Assembly (NCBI GenBank): GCA_037439845.1
Contig: JBBIVF010000002.1
Span: 21,481-57,697 of the forward strand
DNA length: 36,217 nucleotides
Source: Candidatus Woesearchaeota archaeon
GTDB lineage: Archaea; Nanobdellota; Nanobdellia; Woesearchaeales; JBBIVF01
Reading direction: 5' to 3'
Of this stretch, positions 31,505-36,217 are shown one piece after another. Below the pieces are notes generated by a model, which was given only the letters and a program-made list of their open reading frames with translations, was not told where the DNA came from and made no database searches. The position numbers and the translations under genes are program-made. How positions within the stretch are numbered: the stretch's first letter is position 1; every line of letters begins with the position of its first letter.

Positions 31505-32875
31505 TTATTTTCTTGAAAAGAATTTTGCCACAAGCACTATTATAACAATGACAATCAGCACATTTAGCAATCCTAGCAACACAATATAACCTATTGAATC
31601 AGAAAGATTTGATTCTGTGCTTGAAGGCTCTGTTATTATTATTCCTTGCTGTGGATTTTTGATAACATCAACCTGAGTTGTTGTCTGATTAGGTTGTGTT
31701 GTTGGTTGGGTAGTTGGCTGAGTTGTTGGTTGAGTAGTAGGTTGAGTGGTTGGCACTGTATAATCTCCACACTTCTTCACTTCAAGATTGACAAACTCAG
31801 AATCAAGTGACCTGTCATTGTCATAGCCAGCAATTATGTCTATTCTATATGTTCCTGGCTTGACATTCTCATTGACTGTTATTGGCACAGTGATTCTTTC
31901 GGTAATATCATCCTCATCACTTCCTTCATCCAGGTCAAAAGTTTTTTTGAAATCAATGCCCAAAGCAGAGCTTCTGACAATCACAAAAGCACCATCTTCA
32001 TCCTCGCTTCCAACATTTGCTATAGTCAGCTGAAGGTTTGTGTTTCTGTTGCATTCAAGTATTGCTGAATCTAGATTATACTTATAAACTTTGATGTCAT
32101 GGCTCTTCTTGTCAACTGAGATCTTGAATTCAATTTCATCAGTGAGCTTCGCACCATTTTCATCTTCACCCTCTACTTTTATGGTGACAGTATAATCATC
32201 TTCATCTACAAACATCGGGACCTCAAATTCAAAAGTGACTTTGTCATCATCTCCTGATTCAAGGTCATCCATCTCAGCATCATCTTCTATATCATCACCA
32301 TCATCTATGTCAAATACAGTCATTTCAACGTCTATATTCTCAATATCAATATCAGTGCTATAGCCGTTTTCAGCAGTCACATCTATTTTCACTTTTGCGC
32401 CAGGTGCAGCTTCCTCATCCACTGTTTCACCTTCATCTACATCCTGGTCTTCTCCATCAATATCGACTCTTACTTTTGAGATGAAAAGAGGAGGATTGAC
32501 ATCTACTGTGAAAGGAAGAGTTTTAGTTTCTGAGCCAATGGCAATCTGCATTGTTCCTTTATATATGCCTGGCATCTGATTCGCTGCTGCTTGGATTGTA
32601 TATGAGAATGTCTTTTCGCTATTTGCATTTATAGTACTATCTGCTATCTCAATAGTCAAAGTCTGAGTTGAATCATCCTGATTTTGCAATGTCTTTGAAC
32701 TGAAAACAACATTTTGTGTTGCATTAAATGAACTTGTTATCCTTATTGAGCCAATCAGAGATTCGCCCTGAGCAAGATCTGTACTGACACTAGTTGGAAC
32801 TAGTGTTGAAGCACTCACTGACAAAGACATCAATAAAATAAACACGAAAATTGTTCCAAACAAAGCATTTTTCAT
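31505..32875 (-). CDS. Acidic cell-surface protein: signal peptide, Ig/CARDB-like repeats, (PTTQ)5 linker, C-terminal TM anchor
   Basis: MKNALFGTIFVFILLMSLSVSAS signal peptide, with ATG 32875 and a GGTGGGGG stretch upstream. Asp/Glu-rich beta domains. PTTQPTTQPTTQPTTQPTTQ at aa 380-399 (track numbering). C-terminal IGYIVLLGLLNVLIVIVIIVLVAKFFSRK. Confidence 0.8.
   Translation of the reverse strand: MKNALFGTIFVFILLMSLSVSASTLVPTSVSTDLAQGESLIGSIRITSSFNATQNVVFSSKTLQNQDDSTQTLTIEIADSTINANSEKTFSYTIQAAANQMPGIYKGTMQIAIGSETKTLPFTVDVNPPLFISKVRVDIDGEDQDVDEGETVDEEAAPGAKVKIDVTAENGYSTDIDIENIDVEMTVFDIDDGDDIEDDAEMDDLESGDDDKVTFEFEVPMFVDEDDYTVTIKVEGEDENGAKLTDEIEFKISVDKKSHDIKVYKYNLDSAILECNRNTNLQLTIANVGSEDEDGAFVIVRSSALGIDFKKTFDLDEGSDEDDITERITVPITVNENVKPGTYRIDIIAGYDNDRSLDSEFVNLEVKKCGDYTVPTTQPTTQPTTQPTTQPTTQPNQTTTQVDVIKNPQQGIIITEPSSTESNLSDSIGYIVLLGLLNVLIVIVIIVLVAKFFSRK
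31694..31753 (-). repeat. 5 x 12-bp tandem coding repeat (Pro-Thr-Thr-Gln)
   Basis: Plus-strand units are ttgtgttgttgg / ttgggtagttgg / ctgagttgttgg / ttgagtagtagg / ttgagtggttgg. The units differ only at synonymous positions. Confidence 0.9.
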
Positions 32876-33057
32876 TTTCTTAGCCCCCACCCGCTTGTTT
32901 TTTTAGATTATAAAATTAGAGGACAATTATATTAACAATTACCTCATTTTTATTATAAAATACTATCTCGGAGTAGTATATCCTTATTATAAATATTTAT
33001 ATACTGTAGTATATATTTAAAACCTTGAAAAACATAAAAAAATGGAGATTATGGCCC

Positions 33058-33657
33058 TTATCTCCTTCCAAAATAGAAGAATTTGTCTATCTGGACCTCT
33101 TTGTCTCCTGGCTTATAATTGCCTGTTCTAACAGTAGGCTCAGCGCCCTCTCCTCTTGTTGATTGCTTAGGTGCTTGTTGCTGAGGTTGCTGTTGTTGTG
33201 CTGGTTGTTGTATCTGCTGTTGAGCAGGTTGCTGGAATTGCTGCTGAACTGCTTCTAGCGGATTTTCATATTCTCTGCGTTGTGCTGGTTTTTGTTCAGG
33301 TTTTTGAATAGTTATGTTTTGTGCTTGTTGAAATTGCTCTTTAAGAATTGATATTTCAGAACCAATGGTTGAAAGATGCTGTTTTATCTCATTTAATTCT
33401 TTCAGTATTTGTTCATTATTTGTTTTCAGGGCACGAGCAGTGACTTCCTCTATTCTCTGTCTTATTTGATAATCCATTCCTTCTGGATTCAGTTCCATCT
33501 TCGGATAAGAGATATCTTTGATAGAGTCCTCTTTATTGACTATGTCTATGGCTTGTTTTGTTGCATCTTCGCTGTTTGTTGCAATGCCGTGTTTAATGAG
33601 TTCTCTTGAAAGATCGTTTATTCTCCTGATTTTTTCAATATTGTCGATGATTATCAC
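33058..33657 (-). CDS. Hypothetical protein with helical N-domain and Gln/Pro-rich low-complexity region
   Basis: 199 aa, GTG start. QQFQQPAQQQIQQPAQQQQPQQQAPKQ tract. Conserved-looking tail VRTGNYKPGDKEVQIDKFFYFGRR. Confidence 0.55.
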   Translation of the reverse strand: MIIIDNIEKIRRINDLSRELIKHGIATNSEDATKQAIDIVNKEDSIKDISYPKMELNPEGMDYQIRQRIEEVTARALKTNNEQILKELNEIKQHLSTIGSEISILKEQFQQAQNITIQKPEQKPAQRREYENPLEAVQQQFQQPAQQQIQQPAQQQQPQQQAPKQSTRGEGAEPTVRTGNYKPGDKEVQIDKFFYFGRR

Positions 33658-33907
33658 CCTTTTTTTATTATTAATTATTATTTTTTTATATTAAATTATT
33701 ATTATTTTTTTATTTTTATTAATCATTTTTTATTAAATTTTTATTAATTATATTTTTTATCAATATACGTTTATTATTTTATCTTATTACTTTTTATTTA
33801 TTATTCTTTTTATTAATATGCTTATTCTTTTTCTATTTCTCTTTCCAAATAAGAATATATATTTAAATCTATTTATTTTAAAATCAGACAGTAGTTAAAA
33901 TTATATT

Positions 33908-34339
33908 CTAAGGCTGTTTGCTGACCACTTTGCCTAAATATAATATAGAATCTCCCACTTCCTCTGATTTTATTACTTCACATTCATACCTTAGGTCAGA
34001 TTCCTTCAATGAACAACATTCTATCTTTAAGCATTCTTGTTTCAGAAAATTGCAAACTTTGAATTTATCTAGATGCTCTCCTCTTTTCTCATCACAAATA
34101 TCAATTTTGCTCTGAAATGACTCTCTCATAAGATTGACGCAGAAACATCCAGATTTCTGAATCAGAGAATTTGAGTATTTGTGCCTTTCCAAAGAGATGA
34201 GATATATCAAGGGTTTCTCAGATACAACGCAGTGTTTGCTTGTGGCAGTAATATTGTCTTTGACAATGGTTTTTCCGAAGATTTCTGCCTCTGCTCTTGA
34301 GCTCACAATGGCTTTATTGGATAATTTGGGCAATTGCAT
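33908..34339 (-). CDS. Flavin reductase-like (FMN-binding split-barrel) domain protein
   Basis: NITATSKHCVVSEKPLIYLISLERHKYSNSLIQKSGCFCVNLM...GEHLDKF follows the Flavin_Reduct pattern (vS..P.....l......t...i...g.F.vN.l ... dKF). Confidence 0.6.
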   Translation of the reverse strand: MQLPKLSNKAIVSSRAEAEIFGKTIVKDNITATSKHCVVSEKPLIYLISLERHKYSNSLIQKSGCFCVNLMRESFQSKIDICDEKRGEHLDKFKVCNFLKQECLKIECCSLKESDLRYECEVIKSEEVGDSILYLGKVVSKQP

Positions 34340-34341
34340 CT

Positions 34342-35127
34342 TTATTCTTTTAGTATTATATAATCATCATCAGAGCCATGGTGCTTGTTCTTCTTCTTTG
34401 TTCCTGACCCTTTGGCAATGAACATTCCCACAAGGAAAAATATTAGATATGCTGCATATTCAATGTTATAGAAATTAATTCTCAGCGCATTTAAAATCAT
34501 ATTAGGTATAACCAGCACAGTCGAAGCATAGATGCCCATAACAAATATATTCCTGAACAGCATCTGAAACTTCAATGCCTTCGCCAACAAGAACACTATC
34601 AAGCTAAAAATAAAGATTATGAGCAAGAATTTCACAACAAAGAACACATAAAGCATAAGCATTACCATTGGAAGTATCATAACTAGCATAAATCCTGCAA
34701 ACATTCCCCAGAATTTGGCATTTGTCTTAAAATCAGTAAAATCTGATAATTTGAATATATTTTCTTTGAACATTACTTTTAATTGTATATTGCTTGGACT
34801 GACAAGCAAAAACTCATCCTTAATTGTCTGGTTATTATCAGGCGTGAAAAGCACGAATGGATTTCTGCTAGGGATTCCTATTTGTTCATTTAGCTTGATA
34901 TCTGGATTGAGCTTGAAAGAATCAAAATCGCTTAATTTATTTGACACATATGTAGGAAAATATGCAAAAAGAGGTATTGCGAAAATAATCAAGAGAATAA
35001 TGCCTATGAAGATGAGGCTAAGATAATATTGGCTTATATAATAAGAGTCGTGTTTCAAAAATTTTTTGTATTGTCCGGGAAAAAATGATTTAACTAATGT
35101 CTTGAAGAATTCAATTGATTCTTTCAT
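34342..35127 (-). CDS. Polytopic membrane protein of unknown function (possibly DUF1189/YvdJ-like)
   Basis: N-terminal cytosolic stretch, a TM helix, an extracytoplasmic loop of about 80 aa, then 4-5 TM helices. The family suggestion rests on topology only. Confidence 0.55.
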   Translation of the reverse strand: MKESIEFFKTLVKSFFPGQYKKFLKHDSYYISQYYLSLIFIGIILLIIFAIPLFAYFPTYVSNKLSDFDSFKLNPDIKLNEQIGIPSRNPFVLFTPDNNQTIKDEFLLVSPSNIQLKVMFKENIFKLSDFTDFKTNAKFWGMFAGFMLVMILPMVMLMLYVFFVVKFLLIIFIFSLIVFLLAKALKFQMLFRNIFVMGIYASTVLVIPNMILNALRINFYNIEYAAYLIFFLVGMFIAKGSGTKKKNKHHGSDDDYIILKE

Positions 35128-35163
35128 CTTAACACCTCTATTTTGATTTTATTGAGCCTGATA

Positions 35164-35649
35164 TTATGCAAATATATTGCTGCATATCAATATGGTATCT
35201 GTTTCGTCATCTAAAACTCTCTCTATCTTTAGGTTTTTATCTATAACTTCTTTCATTATTGAATATCTCGGAGATTTTTTTAGCAATGATATCACAAAAG
35301 CTTCTTTACCCACTCTTTTCATCTCGGATATTGCTTTTTCAATATCAAAAAAATTATGCAGAGCAGTCAGGCAAAACACAAGGTCAAAAATCTTGTTTTG
35401 GAAAGGCATATACTCAGCATAAGCCGCAACTGCTTTTTTGTTTTTTCCTAGTTTTAGTAATTCAATACTTGGGTCTAAGCTATATGCATCAGGTATGAAC
35501 TCATTCAGCCAACAGGCTCCTGCTCCCACATCCAACACAAGAGAGTCTTCAGCAATCTTTATCTCTTTCAGCACTTTCTTCATCTTTCTTATTTGTTCTT
35601 CCTTGTGCAATTCAGGATATGATTTGCTTATTTCATCATAATAATCCAT
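35164..35649 (-). CDS. Small class I SAM-dependent methyltransferase
   Basis: Motif I VLDVGAGACWL, an acidic post-I residue and a motif-II-like FDLVFCLTALHNF. 161 aa. Confidence 0.7.
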   Translation of the reverse strand: MDYYDEISKSYPELHKEEQIRKMKKVLKEIKIAEDSLVLDVGAGACWLNEFIPDAYSLDPSIELLKLGKNKKAVAAYAEYMPFQNKIFDLVFCLTALHNFFDIEKAISEMKRVGKEAFVISLLKKSPRYSIMKEVIDKNLKIERVLDDETDTILICSNIFA

Positions 35650-35650
35650 T

Positions 35651-36115
35651 TTAAAACTTCTCCTCTATTTTCTTGAAATATTCCTCTATCCGCACGAGTA
35701 TTTCATCAAGTATGAATTTTGATATTTTTTCTTTGAAAATAACATTGAGGCTCTCATTCTCTGTTATTCTGTAATAATTCTTTGTTTTTTCAATTAAGAA
35801 TATATTTCTTAATCTTTTAAGTTGTCTTCTGATGTTTGAAGCGGCAATTCCATTTTGAGGAAGGTTGTTGTTTTTTCTTTCTTCTATTACCAAAGACCTT
35901 ATCTCTTCGCTCTTTAGTTTTTTCTGCTCTTTTTTTGCTTTCAGAAGCACATGTAACACATCAACTATCACATCTCTTGAATCTCCTGGCTGCAATAATC
36001 CCAAAGAAAGGCATAATTTCCTGACAAGCTCACGGCCTTCAATATTATGAGGCTTCTCATATTTTCTAAGTATGAGTTCGCTCAATGGAGTGTCAATCGC
36101 AATCTTTTTTGGCAT
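35651..36115 (-). CDS. Putative winged-helix DNA-binding protein (archaeal predicted regulator)
   Basis: 154 aa. Helical N-terminal part and NIRRQLKRLRNIFLIEKTKNYYRITE, which looks like a recognition helix plus beta-wing. One nt separates it from the methyltransferase gene. Confidence 0.4.
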   Translation of the reverse strand: MPKKIAIDTPLSELILRKYEKPHNIEGRELVRKLCLSLGLLQPGDSRDVIVDVLHVLLKAKKEQKKLKSEEIRSLVIEERKNNNLPQNGIAASNIRRQLKRLRNIFLIEKTKNYYRITENESLNVIFKEKISKFILDEILVRIEEYFKKIEEKF

Positions 36116-36217
36116 CTAAAAAAATAGGCCATTTTTCTTATTTAAATATCTTAGTTTTTTCTGGTGAATTTGAATATATATTGCTTAAAAGTTTTAAGCA
36201 TTTTTAAAGATATTTGA

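Noticed and set aside
30427-31533. 42-aa N-terminal extension of the OB-HD nuclease ORF (MWQNSFQENKFFIFF...)
   Set aside because: The extension overlaps the 3' end of the upstream surface-protein gene, is hydrophobic and low-complexity, and is AT-rich promoter-like DNA. The family-typical OB fold begins right after the internal ATG at 31407.
31694-31753. Possible CRISPR or other non-coding tandem array
   Set aside because: The 12-bp units are contiguous with no spacers, lie in frame within a long ORF, and all translate to PTTQ. No CRISPR-like repeat-spacer pattern and no cas genes occur anywhere in the window.
33658-33907. Replication origin call for the AT tract
   Set aside because: I saw no origin-recognition-box-like inverted repeats and no adjacent orc1/cdc6. 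It is reported only as a low-interest observation, not as a feature.

Overview
AT-rich (about 30% G+C by eye), densely packed archaeal chromosome segment. Archaeal origin is supported by the PIN(Fcf1)-rpo7-spt4-S24e-S27ae operon, a class I CCA-adding enzyme, Taw3, and an intron-containing tRNA-Tyr with a C1:G72 pair. The small genes and composition suggest a DPANN-like lineage, which is inference only. I support about 50 protein genes, one tRNA and one candidate structured RNA. Many genes are chained by ATGA stop/start overlaps, and a GGAGG/GGTGA-N5-ATG ribosome-binding pattern helped me correct several starts in the ORF track. Recognisable content: two ABC systems, a PadR regulator and a split MgtE-like channel pair. 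There is also an alpha-glucan/glycogen island with GH57, a GT4/5-type synthase, a eukaryote-type GT3 glycogen synthase and a GalT-like HIT transferase. tRNA maturation genes (cca, a PP-loop thiolase-like enzyme, taw3), a YhaM-like OB-HD nuclease and acidic surface proteins complete the list. I saw no CRISPR array, integrase, transposase or rRNA. Items most worth a second look: (1) a 158-nt GC-rich, helix-nested candidate ncRNA directly upstream of tRNA-Tyr; (2) a six-gene plus-strand cluster (26.9-30.4 kb) with two paralogous proteins that each carry two Fis-type HTH motifs, interleaved with unknown proteins and repeat/palindrome-rich intergenic regions; (3) three tandem divergent small paralogs (15.0-16.2 kb); (4) a xylose-isomerase-like TIM barrel with an insertion of about 290 aa; (5) a tandem pair of NDF-motif proteins inside the glycogen island; (6) a 48-aa Lys/Ala-rich microprotein and an S27ae gene, both missed by the 60-aa ORF cutoff; (7) a homopolymer frameshift in a translationally coupled lipoprotein-like gene. 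All family assignments come from motif recognition by eye; no searches were run.
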